Shown here piece after piece: positions 24,344 through 36,826 of a stretch of DNA of 64,000 nt; positions within the stretch are counted from its first letter, which is position 1; the number at the start of each line of letters is the position of its first letter. Below the pieces are notes generated by a model. That model was not told the origin of the DNA. It searched no databases and saw only the letters and a list, made by a program, of their open reading frames with translations. Location of the stretch: positions 1,116,001-1,180,000 of the forward strand of contig NC_088807.1 of NCBI RefSeq assembly GCF_011386835.1. Direction: 5' to 3'. The translations under genes and the position numbers were made by a program. Source of the stretch: Chrysemys picta bellii. Taxonomy: Eukaryota.

Positions 24344-24362
24344 ATGGTGTCAGTTACCATGG
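24344..24362 (+). CDS. C19orf47: C19orf47 coding exon 1 (MVSVTM; whole exon 24292..24362)
   Basis: ACAATGG start context, donor GTAAGT, upstream acceptor TTTCATTGCAG. Confidence 0.92.
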
Positions 24363-27300
24363 GTAAGTCCGAAATGATGGTATTTTGATTTTTGAAGGTA
24401 TCCCCCTTCTTGTGTAAATGGAGATCTCGGTAAGACGATAGCCCCGGCGTAAAGGCGCTCAGAAGAGCAGATTTTATCGTTAACTTTTGTGGCATATTCA
24501 AATGTCAGAGGAATTCAGTGGCTGGTGCATGAGCAGCCGGGCTGATGTGTGACAGCAGCTGCGAATGCTCGGCATGTGGTGCCGGGGATCTGTGCACTAA
24601 ACCACAGGAAAGATACTGAAGTGACATTACGATCATGACTGAAACCTCCAAAGGCCAGGACATCCAGAGATGAAGCCCGTGCAGCACAGAGAGGATAATG
24701 TCCTGCTGTTCTTTAGAGTCCTCTGCAATTCTGATAACCTCTAGGGTGGATTATGAAGAGTTCGTACTTTCATTCTGAATTTTGTTTCATTCTCAGTTTA
24801 CTTCCTGAGGCTTGAATTTAGACTATATTCCGCGCTTTCCGACGGAATGTACCAGCCGATGATGATCTGCTGCTTTAGTTTAGGTTTCTCTCTCCTCTCG
24901 GTGTTTCCAAATGACTCCGAATTTGATGGATAAGGAAGCTGCCGGGAAGCATTTTCAATAGCAGCTATGGGATAATTTGTGGCTGGTAAAGATTTAACCA
25001 GCCACTGATTCTTTTCCTCCCCCCGGAGAAGTAACACCAACATCTTCATGAAAGAATAATGTTGAAGCTAGTTGAAACTGACTAGAGGGAGGGAAGGCAG
25101 GCACCTGCTTGCTACTGATTTACCCTGCTGCTGTGTGGGCGTCTCAGGACTCTCCAAGTCGCACTGGGGGACTCAAAGGTTTGCCTGAGGGCCAGGGTAG
25201 CAACGTGCCAGGAGCCCAAGGGATGCATCCAAGTGACCCACCATGCATCAGATTGTAGTTGCCTTGTGGTAGGCGCTGTACAGCCACATCAGAGAGAAGG
25301 TGCCTGCCCCAATGAGTAAACGATGTAAGTGTCAGACGAGAGGCCAGCCAGACAGTGATGAGCCCGTGTTGGTCAGCATGATAGGCAGTGTTTTCATGAT
25401 TGGCCCCCGGCGATCGCGTTGTGGTGATTTATGATTTCTCTGGTTTTTGTCTCTCTTCCCCCCTGTCTCAAGCAGTTGTCACTGCCACTGCATGTATTGG
25501 CTGGCGGGATGACGACTCCGGGGGCATGCAGCTCCTGTCGGATCTCTGCCCGGTTAGAGGGCATCCCAGCAGACTGCTGTTAGTTTAATCACATTACTTA
25601 GGATCTGTTTTGTGTCTTGCATCTTTCAGCTACATCCGAGTGGATTCAGTTTTTTAAGGAAGCTGGGATTCCTCCAGGCCCTGCTGTCAACTACGCAGTT
25701 ATGTTTGTGGATAACAGGTGAGGCTGCTGTGAGACACGGGCAACAATTTTCCATCACTTAATGGGCATGAACATACGGAACTAAAAACACTTCGCAGTCT
25801 CAGCTACAGACTTATGTCATTAGAATACCCAAAAGGAGAGGGGTATATTCTAAACATGGGACGCCCTCTGTGCTTGTGAACAACTCACTTCCTGGCTCCC
25901 TGCCTCAGTTCCCCTCTTTACAGAGGTGCTGGTGAGAAGACAGGCTGCTTTTAAAATACCTTTCAGGTGTAAATAACCCTGTGTGTGTTAAGTATGTATT
26001 GTCTCCGGTTGAGTTAAACAGCACTTGTGTTGAATAGGGACTTCCTTTCTGGGTGGGAGGGACAAGTTTGCCACTAAAGAGTCTCTTGGGTAATTAATTG
26101 TTGGAGGATAATTGCCCCCCAGGGGCGTGGGGGATTCTCCATCACTGCCCGTTTAAATCAGGATGGGATGTTTTTCTAACAGCTCCGCTCTAGGAATTAA
26201 TGTGGGGCAGGTCTCTGGCCCGTGCTCTATCGGCGGTCAGACTAGTGTCACAATGGTCCCGTCTGGCCTTGGAACCTTGCTCCTAGCCGTTCTAGTCCCC
26301 ATCGTTCTGTGCAGCGTCCCAGGCCCCTCACCTGCAGCCCCAGCGAGGGGACAGCTCACATTGCACCGATAGGCCTTTCCTGGGAGGAATGGACATAGCT
26401 CTTCACTCCAGCCTGTCAGCAGCGCACCTTGATCACCCAGCAGGGGTGACACGTGAGACTTCTGTCAGATGATCTGACCCTGAGCTTCCCAGCACTCGTA
26501 GGCATGAAGATCCCATGATCTATTTTGCAGGAGAAAGAAAGGGTATTAGCCCTGGTGTCCTGGCCAAATTCAAGTCTGCTTAATTGGTTACATTAACTAT
26601 TAATCGGATATCTGATTCTCTTCCACTTCCAGCATTGTGAAGCGTAGCTGCATTCTGTTACCAGCTGCTGCCCTCCATCGCAGAGCTGGGATAGGATCTT
26701 TTTGTACGTTAATTATCTTGCATGGGGTTCATGGGGGTCAGTTCACTTGTAAATGCTTTGAGATCCTCCAGTGTCGGGCGTGGAAAGGCTTTACCCATTG
26801 ATGAAGTATTTGCTCCATGCTTTGTTCTCTACAGAATCCAGAAGAACATGCTGCTGGACCTGAACAAGGAGATCATGAATGAGCTAGGGATCACGGTGGT
26901 GGGGGATATTATCGCTATCCTCAAGCACGCTAAAGTTGTTTACAGACAGGTAATCTGTCTGTCGGTGTGTTAGTTTGCACTGGTCACGGCAGGGACGTGC
27001 TTCCTTGTCAGTGTGAGCTCAACTAGGCTTTTTCTGTGTGGACAACCTGAGTTCGGTGCCTGGCCTTTGAACCACAGGGTGTAAAATATTCTAGGAATCA
27101 CATTTTCTAAACTTCAATGACTTCTGCCCTTTGAGATTTCCCCAGGAGCAAGGCTCACATTGGGAAGTGAGGGTAATGAACCATCGGGACAGCTTTCCAA
27201 AGGGTATGGTGGATTCGCCAGGATTTGGGGACTTCAGCTCAAGGGTGGATTCTTCTTTCTTTCAGTTGCCAGTTACTGGGCTAGATCCAGGACTCACTGG

Positions 27301-30300
27301 GGGAAACCCCCTGGCCTTGTTGTGCAGGAGCCCAGACTGGATGATAGTGGTCCGTTCTGGCCTTAAAAGCTATGAATTTCAAAGCTATGGCAGCCCATGA
27401 AACCCTTCCTAGTGTCCTAACGCGTTCCCGTAGCACCTTCTGTTTAAAGCTCTCCGCCCGCTCTGAACCCCCACGGCCAGGCTGGACGACAGGAGGGGAG
27501 CCTATGCCCCTGTTTTGTCTATGGGGTAAAGCGAGGCAGCAACGTGAGGCCGGCTGGCTGGAGTCACATAGCAAGTTACTGGCAGAGTTTGGAATAGAAC
27601 CCAGGAGTTCTGACTCCGGCCCCTTTCTCTGAGCGCCAGACACTGCTCACGCCCCGATGAATGCTGAACTCGTGAGAGGCGAGGGGAAGAATTGAAAGTG
27701 CTGGACATTAGTCCATTCCTATGCCAGATCCCTGGGCAGAGCGCGGCTCTGACGCCTGTTCGGAGCCGTCCGGTCCATCTGAGGTAGCCGGGTCTCCATG
27801 CTGCTTCAGCCCTAAGAACCATCCCGAGGAGAGTGCGAGAAGCATGTGGGTGTTCGCTGCGCTTGAACGGAGCCTTCATGTCGCGTTGGGACTTTGCCTC
27901 CACGCTATCAGTGAGAGCAACGTTGACCTGAAATCCTGTCTAATGAGAGATTGCCTTGGTCTCTTTTAGGAGATGTGCAAGGCAGCTACTGAATCGGTGT
28001 CCTCCAACCAGCCAAGTATGCAGTCAGAGCTCCGCAGGAACGCCAACAGCGGTATGTACGGACCCATGGGACCGCCCCTGGGCTTCGGCACGTGCCGTAA
28101 ATCAGGTCTCTCTCCCCCGTTCTCTGCCCTCCGGAACACCTGAGCTTAGCCTCCCATCTCCTCCGAAACGGAGCGTCGCGGCAGCTGTCTTCATCTTCAG
28201 TGCTGACGTGTAGCCCCTGGGGACCACAGGTCCCAGCAGAAGATGCACTAGGTTGATTCTGTCTGTCTGGTGATTCCCGCTAGGCCAGATGTCGCCTATG
28301 GGCTGCTCTTCTGTATTCAGAGGAGGGTGCCATTCTCTGGGACCCTCTTTGGCCACTCTCAGTGGCTTTTCACTTCCCAGGACGCAGTCTCTTGTCTTGA
28401 TGAATATGGTACTAGAATTGCTTGGCAAATGACTTGAGTGCTGGCTGTCCTGCGTTACTGGGGGGTATGCAGCAGTTGTAATACCCATCGTCCTCTGCGC
28501 CACTCCGTTGTTTAACCGGGCAGGGCTAGCCCCTTCTCAGCCTGACCAAGCCCCTGGGGTTTGGGGAGCTAGGGAGCAGAACAGGAGCCCTGCTCTATGG
28601 TGTATGCTAGGAATACGTCACCGGGGCCTGATTCTGCTTCGTCACCAGCTATTCTTGCCTTCCAGCCGCCACCCGTATGATCGCTAACAGTTTAAGCCGA
28701 GATTCGCCACCTGCTACCCCTGTCCGAAGACCTGACACCAGTACGTCCAAAATCTCTGTTACTGTATCCAACAAAATGGCTGTGAAGAACGCAAAAGCAG
28801 GTATGAGGGAAACCTTTGAAATGCAGCATTGGGAGCTCTTTTTTTCTCATTATTCTAAAGTGTTATGTACTGTTGCTGTGAGCTACTTACCAGCTGCTGT
28901 GCTCCACCCCAGAGCTGGTTGGGTTTCAGTGGTGCGCGAGGTGATTTCTGTCGGGTTGTGTGATTACTGATTCCATTTTGGGATACGGGGCTGTAAGGTG
29001 CTGTGTAAATGTAAATGACTGCTCTAAATAACTGGAGGGGGGAATCTCAAGATTGCCACTATATCCATAACCTCCCACTTCCAGGTCACCAATCAGATCC
29101 AGCCTAGCCTAGAGGTGCTGCCATCTTGTGGCTGTTGGTGGGTGTCATGGTTCAGGGGGATTTCTGCCCCTCTGTCCCCTCTTGTGGTCTCTTCCAAGTG
29201 CACCTACTCCCTCACGATTCTCCCACTCTCAGACTGGGATACGAGGCTACGGCACTCTGCTTATGCCCACTGGTGCTACTGACCTCAGGAGCCTCAGGGC
29301 TGTTCCTCTGGGGGCTTGTGGCCAGCACTGAGCATTGTTTAATCTCAGCAGGAGGAACCCGGATAGAGCCTAAACCAGCAAAAAGCCCACCTGCGTGTTG
29401 ACCTGCCTAGAGGCTCGTCTTCCCTTGGCAGAGACCCTAGCAGACGGGTCACCCGCAGCCCGGGGAAGTTGGGGGGCAGTTTCTCCCTGTTAACTGTCTC
29501 CCCTCCAGGGAGCATGTTTCTTTAAATCCACTTCAGGCTTTTGAGTCTTTCCCCATCCCCGGCACGCTGTGTGTCGCAGTCCTGGGAAAGCTGGGCTTGG
29601 CAGGGTAGCAGCATATCACAGTTCATTGTTGGGGGTGTTTGCTATGGGGCTCGTATCTGGGCTGTCGTCTGTTTTCCTGCCCCCCTCCCCCCCCCCTGGT
29701 TACTGAATTAATGCAGTGTGGGCATAACAGTAAACGTACAGAGCATATCAAATTCATAGATCGTCCCAGGCAACTCCAAATCCGTCAATGGGGTCTCAGT
29801 CCAGGTCCCCTCGCTGAAATCCACCCCAACCACTAACAACAATAGGGGGCTGTCAGTATTCCCAGCAGAGGAGCCAAGGACTGCATGAACAGCAGAGCCC
29901 AGCTCTCCTGGGAGTGGGGGGCTCCCTGTATGGTACCTGGTTGGAGAGAGGGTGTCAGTCCCACGGCTGGCAGGCCTGCTAATGCTACAATCCTACTCAA
30001 AGCGCAGCTGGGTCTCAGGTGATCTGCACGGCGACTTTGGGGGGTATTCCTGCCAGGTCTAATCCGAAGTCCAGCCCTGAAATGCACCTAGCGACTCTGG
30101 TTTTGTATTTGCCTCACTATTAGCTGGGCCCTGTAAGAAAGGGATATGGTGGAAAAACAGGGCCACGGAAATAAACCCAACCGTGTTCTTAAATCGCTGC
30201 GTAAAGGCCTCTGGGCAGGAGTGGTGACCAGGGAACCTTTTGGGCCATGTAACGATCTCCCCAAAGCTCTCTGGATGGAAGAGGGAGCTCAGACTAGTTC

Positions 30301-33300
30301 TTGGGAAGACAAGCTGCAACAGAGCAAATGGCCGAGCTCCGGTTCCTCACAGCTAGCTGGATTGGCACACCCAGAGCAGCCTGCAACCCTGCCCCAGTTC
30401 CGCGGATGAAGCAGCAGAGGGAGTTTTGGAGTGAGGTCTCCTTGTGGAGACGTCAGTTAGTTCTACCAAATCCACTCCTGAGCAGTGCAGTGTGGTCGCC
30501 AGGGAAAGGACCCAAGTCCAGCGTGGGATTCCGGATCCGTAGTGGTCTTTGATTGGTCCCTTTCCCCGATCTGTTCAGCTGCAGTGGATCTGCCAGGCAC
30601 TGAGGTCAAGCAGCTGCCGCCTCTGCAGGCTTTCTGGAGAGCAGAGAGTGCATCACAGCAGCTCTAGGACACACGACGACTGTTGGGCTGCAGCGCCATC
30701 CGTACCTTAATCTCCTCTGCCACCGAGCCTCTGGATGGAGTGGGATCCCTAGAGCGCGGGAGCTTGGAGTTAGCCAAGTCTGATCTCTTCTCCCCTTCGT
30801 CTTTTCCCCAGCATTATGCGATCCAGCGGACGAGAGCCTGGTGGGCCCGGTGAAACGACGGCGAGTAACCGCGGAGATGGAAGGGAAGTACATCATCAAC
30901 ATGCCAAAAGGTACCACGCCCAGGACTAAGAAAATCCTGGAACAGCAGGCAGCAAAAGGTACCACTGGTATGTTCTTAGCCCCTTGGCAAAGCATGTGTC
31001 TGTCTTCCCCAGATCCATCTGACGAACCCTGCATCAAGAGAGACCAGGTGGAGGAGGTCATATCTTTTATTGGACCAACTTCTGCTGGTGAGAGAGACCA
31101 GCTTTTGAACCGCACAGAGCCCTCCATCCGGTCTGGGAAAGGAACTCTCTTTCCCAGCAAAGTGCAAGGTGGAACAGTGTTTAGCACATTCAGTCTTACG
31201 ATCTGTGCTAGCAACTTATGCTAACCAATCTGTTCCACTCTGTAGTTAGCTGTGGCGCTCCGGGTACCCTTCCTAGCCCCGAAGAAGAGCTCTGTGCTTG
31301 TCTCTCTCACTCCCCTGGTCTCTAGTGTCACGGGAATGACATGGCTACAGCTGCACTGCCTGCAGCCTGATGTCTTGCTGGCTGTTGGTGGTGAGCAGAG
31401 ACCTGGTGCTTAAGACACGCTTTTACAATGGAAGGTGAACAGTACTTCCTTCTCCACGCCCACTCAGCGAGCCCGTGTGACTAGGAAGGGGGGGAGCCTG
31501 TGAGACTGACAACCTAGGGGTCACACACACGAGGTCTGATCTAGACGTGGGTTTGGTCCCAGCGGGTGTGATACAACCCCTAGTGTGGTACAGAGGTGCC
31601 TTGGACTGGTGCAGCTTATTCCTCGTCCCATGTGGAAATGGCGGTACTGGGGTAAAGCATGCAGGCACTGCGTCCACATTCGGGGATTGTGCACACTCAG
31701 TTATGCTGGTACAGTCAAAGGGGGGCACTAGACAAGGCCTTTGTGTATGTGGGACTTTCAAGGGAGGCCTGAAAGCCAAGGTCCTGTTGAGAGTCCCGCA
31801 GAGAGCCTGAGAGCACCTGGCTGGTTTCTGAGAGAATCCTGGCCAAGTGTTCCTTTCCCGCAGCGTTGAGCAGCATGTTGTACCCTGGCCGCTGTGCTCC
31901 ACTCCAGAGGTGGCTGCATGTCAGGAGGGCTGTGCGCACTTGACATCTTTGCAGCTCTTTGTGAGACTTTGGAGGGAAGAGTGGGAGAGGCATGTCAGTG
32001 TGGGTACCGTCTGCAGCAGGGTTTGCAGCATGTGCTGTTAACGGGCAGGGGAGGGATGTATTTATAGAGGTATGGTGACCATTTCCTGCTGAACCTTGCT
32101 CACATCCGACAGGATGCCCCTTGCGGTTTTCTTAAAACCTTCCCCAGTTTCCTTCTTGTGGAAGCCTGAAAGCACTTCTCTCGTCTTTGCTGCTGCCAGG
32201 TGTGCCCAGGACATCTGTGTTTGACCGGCTGGGAGCTGAGATGAAGGCAGACACAACCACAGGGAATAAGGTGAGAGGGAAGGGTGTTTCCATGGCGGTG
32301 AGAGAGGGCAGGGGCTGCGAGCGCCCTGCGTCCTGACCACAAGTCCCTTGCTGTGCCCCACTGAAATCCAGGGGATGGCTCACCATGAGGGTGGGACTGT
32401 CTGGCTCCTGGTGTCATAGCCAGGCGTGTGCGCTTTGCACAGGCAGGACAGAAATGCTGTTTACGGGGGGGGTCCCAGAGCTCCTTCTCATCCAGCTCGG
32501 TGTTACCGCTCTGGGGTCCTGTTCTGTGGCCCATCGCTGCTGTACCTGGGCTCCCAACCTGAGCGTGCCTGTTCTCACAGCCACCTTCACTGCTTTCACG
32601 TTGATTCGTTCCGGATCCGCTGCCACGGTTGAAAGGCTGAGAAGGGGTCATTGGTCACTTCTGCTACAGCCGGTGTGCTTTAAATCCGAGCGACCGACCC
32701 TCCGCTCCCTGGCTGTTCGTGGCCTCTGTGAAGAGATTCAGTCTGGGATCCATTCCTAGTGGACAGGTGCTCGCCTCACAGAAATAACCACGATACTTAG
32801 CGGCCCAGTTGGCAGCCTTAACCAAGAGAGGGTGGTAAATGATCCGCGGAAACGAAGGTCCCCTCTGGGCCATGGTGTGCATGTTGCGGGGAGGGGAGAG
32901 GAGGGGAAGCACCTGCCCGGACGCTTCTCTGCCTGTTCTGAAGGTGGAGGACTTGGGTCTCTATGGTTGACACTTAACACCTGTCACTATCAGCACATTC
33001 ACATCAAAACCTGAGACAGAGAGTGGTGCTGGACTGGGATTGGGGCATCCTGGGATCTGTCCGCCAACCTCTGGGTGACCTTGGGCTAGTCATGCCCCTC
33101 TGTTCCTCAGTTTCCCCATCTCTGCTGTGGGCTAGATACTGATCTCCTGTTCTACGTCAGAGCAAGGTGGTTGTGTGGTTATTAACCCGCCGGAATTGTA
33201 TGTCTCTCTCCAATGAACACGAAGTGGAAGAATATTTTACCGACCGTGCTCTGTTTTAGGAGAAGAATAATCCCTTGCTCTGATCTACCACTTTTTGTCA

Positions 33301-33998
33301 GTGCATCTTGGCGCACATTGCAAAAGAGGGCTATATAATGTCCCCCAGCTGGGGAAACTGAGGCACGGCGCAGGAAGGGGACTTGCCCCAGGTCACCCAG
33401 TAGGCAGGTAGCGGAGCTGGGAACAGAACCTGTGTCCCAGTCCAGTGCTCAGTCCACTAGGCCACACTGCCTCCCCATTTTTATTCCTTTTGATGCATTG
33501 CAGCCTACAGGGGTCTTCAGCCGACTGGGGGACGCACTGGAGGCAGAGGAGGACAAAGCCGCAGAGAGTGATGACGACTGCTCCGTCCTGCAGTATGCTG
33601 GCGTCCTGAAGAAGCTCTCCAAGCCTTTACGCAAGGAAAGTGCCAAACCAGGAGTAACCATCAAAGCAAAAGCCACGAGCTCGGAGGCAAAACCAGCTGT
33701 GACGACCATTCGCCGACTTGGCAATAAGAGCTCCGGCCTGGCGGTGAAGGAAAAGAAGCCGGAATCAGCGTCCAAAGTCAGCGTCATCCAGAGACTGGGC
33801 AAGCCCGCCCTGCCCACCGAGGCCCAGGACAGCAGCGTCACCAGCACGAAGAACAAAGCTGAACCGCAGTTCAGGGTCACTCTAAAGAGGACTTTGGGTA
33901 GCGCTAAGGTAAGCAGCACCAGCGAGATCTATAGCGCTCAGATGGACAATACAGGGACTGTTAGTGTCTTTAAAAGACTGGGCAAAAAGGCAAACTGA
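24344..33998 (+). CDS. C19orf47: C19orf47 ortholog (uncharacterized, N-terminal SAM-like domain), complete spliced CDS, 383 aa
   Basis: join(24344..24362,25630..25717,26835..26949,27970..28051,28666..28800,30812..30958,32200..32270,33504..33998) = 1152 nt. Translation starts MVSVTMATSEWIQFFKEAGIPPGPAVNYAVMFVDNRIQKNMLLDLNKEIMNELG, includes KRRRVTAEMEGKY and SVFDRLG, and ends GTVSVFKRLGKKAN. Recognised as C19orf47. Confidence 0.95.
25630..25717 (+). CDS. C19orf47: C19orf47 coding exon 2 (TSEWIQFFKEAGIPPGPAVNYAVMFVDN)
   Basis: CAG acceptor, GTGAGG donor. Confidence 0.96.
26090..26280 (+). mobile_element. CR1 LINE 3'-end fragment
   Basis: GGATTCTCCATCACTG...GGATGTTTTTCTAA...GGTCAGACTAG...AATGGTCCCGTCTGGCCTT resembles the reptile CR1 3' UTR (recognised from memory). 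Confidence 0.75.
26835..26949 (+). CDS. C19orf47: C19orf47 coding exon 3 (IQKNMLLDL...AKVVYRQ)
   Basis: CAG acceptor, GTAATC donor. Confidence 0.96.
27125..27382 (+). mobile_element. CR1 LINE 3'-end fragment
   Basis: GTGAGGGTAATGAACC...GGTATGGTGGATTC...CAGACTGGATGAT...GGTCCGTTCTGGCCTTAAAAGCTATGAAT, similar to the copy at 26090. Confidence 0.72.
27970..28051 (+). CDS. C19orf47: C19orf47 coding exon 4 (EMCKAATES...RRNANS)
   Basis: TAG acceptor, GTATGT donor. Confidence 0.93.
28666..28800 (+). CDS. C19orf47: C19orf47 coding exon 5 (ATRMIANSL...KNAKA)
   Basis: CAG acceptor, GTATGA donor; RRPDTSTSKISVTVSNK conserved. Confidence 0.95.
29070..29900 (+). mobile_element. Two LF-SINE-like fragments (29070..29145 and 29787..29900)
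   Basis: 5' block CACTTCCAGGTCACCAATCAGATCCAGCCTAG...CCATCTTGTGGCTGTTGGTGG; later block GGTCTCAGTCCAG...CAGCAGAGGAGCCAAGGACTG. Confidence 0.45.
30812..30958 (+). CDS. C19orf47: C19orf47 coding exon 6 (...VKRRRVTAEMEGKYIINMPKGTTPRTKKILEQQAAK)
   Basis: CAG acceptor. Donor is either GTACCA (30959) or GTATGT (30968), and both keep the frame. Confidence 0.9.
32200..32270 (+). CDS. C19orf47: C19orf47 coding exon 7 (VPRTSVFDRLGAEMKADTTTGNK)
   Basis: CAG acceptor, GTGAGA donor. Confidence 0.94.
32740..32830 (+). mobile_element. LF-SINE-like fragment in C19orf47 intron 7
   Basis: TTCCTAGTGGACAGGTG...CACAGAAA...GTTGGCAGCCTTAACCAAGAGAG. Confidence 0.5.
33338..33475 (-). mobile_element. MIR-like CORE-SINE
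   Basis: GGGGAAACTGAGGCAC...GACTTGCCCCAGGTCAC (reverse complement of the CORE GTGACCTTGGGCAAGTC...GCCTCAGTTTCC). Confidence 0.75.
33504..33998 (+). CDS. C19orf47: C19orf47 last coding exon (PTGVFSRLG...KRLGKKAN*)
   Basis: CAG acceptor at 33501-33503; TGA stop at 33996..33998. Confidence 0.95.
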   Translation, partial: PTGVFSRLGDALEAEEDKAAESDDDCSVLQYAGVLKKLSKPLRKESAKPGVTIKAKATSSEAKPAVTTIRRLGNKSSGLAVKEKKPESASKVSVIQRLGKPALPTEAQDSSVTSTKNKAEPQFRVTLKRTLGSAKVSSTSEIYSAQMDNTGTVSVFKRLGKKAN

Positions 33999-34209
33999 TT
34001 GGTGAACAGCGCCTGGAAGGTTTGGTTCTGTAGCCGCTAGTGTCCAAACCACTTTGTCTGCGTTGTTATCACTCTCTTTACGTGCATGAAACCCTGTGTG
34101 GGGGATTCCCAGAGACCCGTCTCTGTCTCCTTCGGCAGGATCGGGGCGCCTGGCCTAGACCCAACTCGGCTTGAGTGGAGTGTGCGTGTGCTCTGCTCCT
34201 GGTTCATTC

Positions 34210-34405
34210 CTTACCATTAAACTCAACGGGCACAAGCCGCTGTGTGAAATGAGTTGGGATTCTTGCATGGTGGCTGCCAACATCAAAACAGAACCATCAC
34301 AATTGGTGTGAGTTGTGCGCCCCCTTGTCTGGAGGCCTCAGCAGAGAAGACCAGGCGAGAATGGGTCCTGGAGACTACGCCCCTACTCCCCGCAGTGGGG
34401 CTGCG
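34210..34405 (+). mobile_element. LF-SINE-like relic in C19orf47 3' UTR
   Basis: Ordered blocks TGTGAAATGAGTTGG, ACCATCACAATTGG, CCCTTGT..CTCAGCAGAGA and AATGGG..TGGAGACT match the LF-SINE consensus as I recall it; needs a Dfam/Repbase check. Confidence 0.6.
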
Positions 34406-36820
34406 ACACGGCAGAAGCCTGGGCTCTGGCTAACGGAGGGCTTTCCTCTCCCAGGCTGTCGTCCAAGCGCCTTTCACCAGCGCTAAAGTGCACTGAAAGC
34501 TTTTTTCTATTCTTTTTTTCTATCTTTTTCCCTCTGCAGGTTCTTGCCTGTATCTAGGAAGTAGCGTCTCGAGGTCTCCGTACAGAGATAATACGGAGTG
34601 GGGACACTGCTGGAACTCTTGAGTCTAAGAGGGTTTCCTAGCAACCTATAAAACCAAACGTAAGGGCTCCCGGACACTGCGCAGGCGTCTGTTTGAATGT
34701 AGTCAGTCCAAGAGTATTAATCTAAGACCCACGGGAGATGTCTCTTCTCCTTCGGTCCTCACACCTGCTCGTGTCCCTGTGCTAGCGTCACTCCACCTGC
34801 CTGCCCAGTACAGCATTACACTTGTGTTCCAGGCATGGGTTTCCACCCGGATCTGTGCAGCCCTTGCACCCTGAGAGTGTGGCATGGATTCGAACAGGTC
34901 CGTGGGCAGCTCCAGAGTCTGCCAGGAACATGCTAAGAGTATGCATGGCCTGGATTTGTTTGGTCAGTTCAAGAAGAAATATTTTGTTTGGGGGGGATGG
35001 GGAGATACTTTGTTCAGATGTCTGGGCAGTTGCCCTCAAGTGTAAAAGCAGCACAGTTCTGCACAGGGCCAGTTTCTCTTCGGATTTCCCAGCTCCGAGT
35101 CAATCGGCCTCACCCCCAGAGGCTAGAGCCTGGCCTTGCTTTCCAGGAGGCAGCGTAACTGCCCTCTCCTGACAGGATTTCAGCACCCTCGTGCTGAGAG
35201 GTTTGGTTCTGAGTAGCACAGAGATTCAGCAGGGAAGTCATTTTGCACATGTGCAAATACAAAGGCAGATGTCTGGCTTTGATTACTTCTCAGCGTCTCT
35301 GTCCCACGGGGAGGCAACAGGCCTTGCTCCCCTTCCTAAAAGGCAGGACTCCTGTACATTCTTTTGTGTAGGGAGACTAGCCCATTATGCAGCCTGGGAC
35401 AGGAGCCAGGGTCACTCCCATGCTGTGTGGTGGCCCCCGTTCCGAGCGGACACGTGTCTGTATCAAAGAACCACCGGGGCAGCTGGTGCCGCCACTCCTG
35501 GGGGAAGCCTGTGCAGAGAGGCTGAGGACTGAGTCCTGGACAGCAAGCTCCTCTCTCCACTCTAGGGCAGAAGGTAGCATCTGGCAGGGGCAGCTTGTCC
35601 TGTTCTGTGGGGAGTCACGGGCTGTCAGGCTGTGGGCCGGCTAGTTCAGAGGGCTCTGTTTGTGCTCCTCTTCCCCTCACTAAAAGGGGTTACTCCTCCC
35701 AAGTAGGTACTGTGGGTGGGGGAGAGGGGTCAATGCCTGTCAGGCTAGCTGGGCAGCTGTTAGGAGTTCACAGACAAAGCTTGGCGGTGCCGAGAGAGGT
35801 TCCCTGCTGGAGCACCGGACTAAGGTGGTCACGTGCAGCCCACAGACCTGGAGCATGGCGTGCAGCCGCACTCCTCCACCCTCCGTTGGTGAGTGCTGCA
35901 AGATATTCGGATAAAGAGCACTAGGCCCGTGCTAAGTGGGTTATCTTACTAAAGAGAGTGTAACCTGCTGGATAGGTCCCAGCCGGCAATGCTCCGTCTT
36001 GGCTGGGAGCGTCTGCGGGACGTGGCACCGGAGCAAAGAGGAGTGGCTGCCGTTGGCTTCCTTGCCAACTGATTAAATGTGGTTGTCACTGTAGACCACC
36101 TCTGCCCTAAACCCAATGCGGAGTTAGCCTGCCATGTCGTCGTGCGGTTTCAGGTCTCTGTATTGGTGCTGCAGCTGAGGCACTGGGCTGAAGAACCGAC
36201 TCAATCCAAACAACAATTCTTCCTTCTTCTATCTACTGTTCTTTATTAAGCCAAACAGGAGGTTTAATGTCTCTGGATGTAGGCCTTCTCCTTAAGGAGA
36301 TCCTGTCGCATTTTTTGCTGTGGCTTTACTGCATCCCATTAGCTTTTCTTATTTTATCATCTGTTTTTAAGTGGTTGCCTGTATTGGCCTTCCTGTTTGT
36401 TCTGAAGTGCTAACTTTTCTTGTGAAACGCCCGCTTTGCAGGTTCCGGAGGCTTTATAACGGGGTTAAAACTCAAGTGTTCAGCTGTGGGACGGAGATGA
36501 GGAGGCTGTTTCTGAGGGGAGGGGATGGGGTCATTGGATCCAAGAAAGGGAAGTTTGGGTGTGTCTCTCCCCTCCCCTCCCAAGACAAAATAGGCAAGTT
36601 GGCATAACCCGTTTCTGGGAGTTTTGGTCGTGCTTTCGAAAGGAAGGTTAGTGTTCTGAATGTTTTTAGACTGTTTGATGCAAAATACTTTTTTTAAGAA
36701 GGAGAATGAAATCTGCGCACCGGCTACGTTGTGCAGTCAGCGGCCGTAGAGGCAGTAGAGATTTGTGTAATGCACTCAAGGCACGTGCCATTATTCTTCA
36801 AGGATTTGACGTGCTGTTGC

Positions 36821-36826
36821 AATAAA
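36821..36826 (+). terminator. Candidate polyadenylation signal of C19orf47
   Basis: AATAAA ends a ~600-nt AU-rich stretch and is followed by CT/T-rich sequence; implies a ~2.8 kb 3' UTR. Confidence 0.55.

Noticed and set aside
24855-25010. C/D-box snoRNA (ATGATGA ... CTGA) in a C19orf47 intron
   Set aside because: No terminal stem, long spacing and no recognisable rRNA guide.
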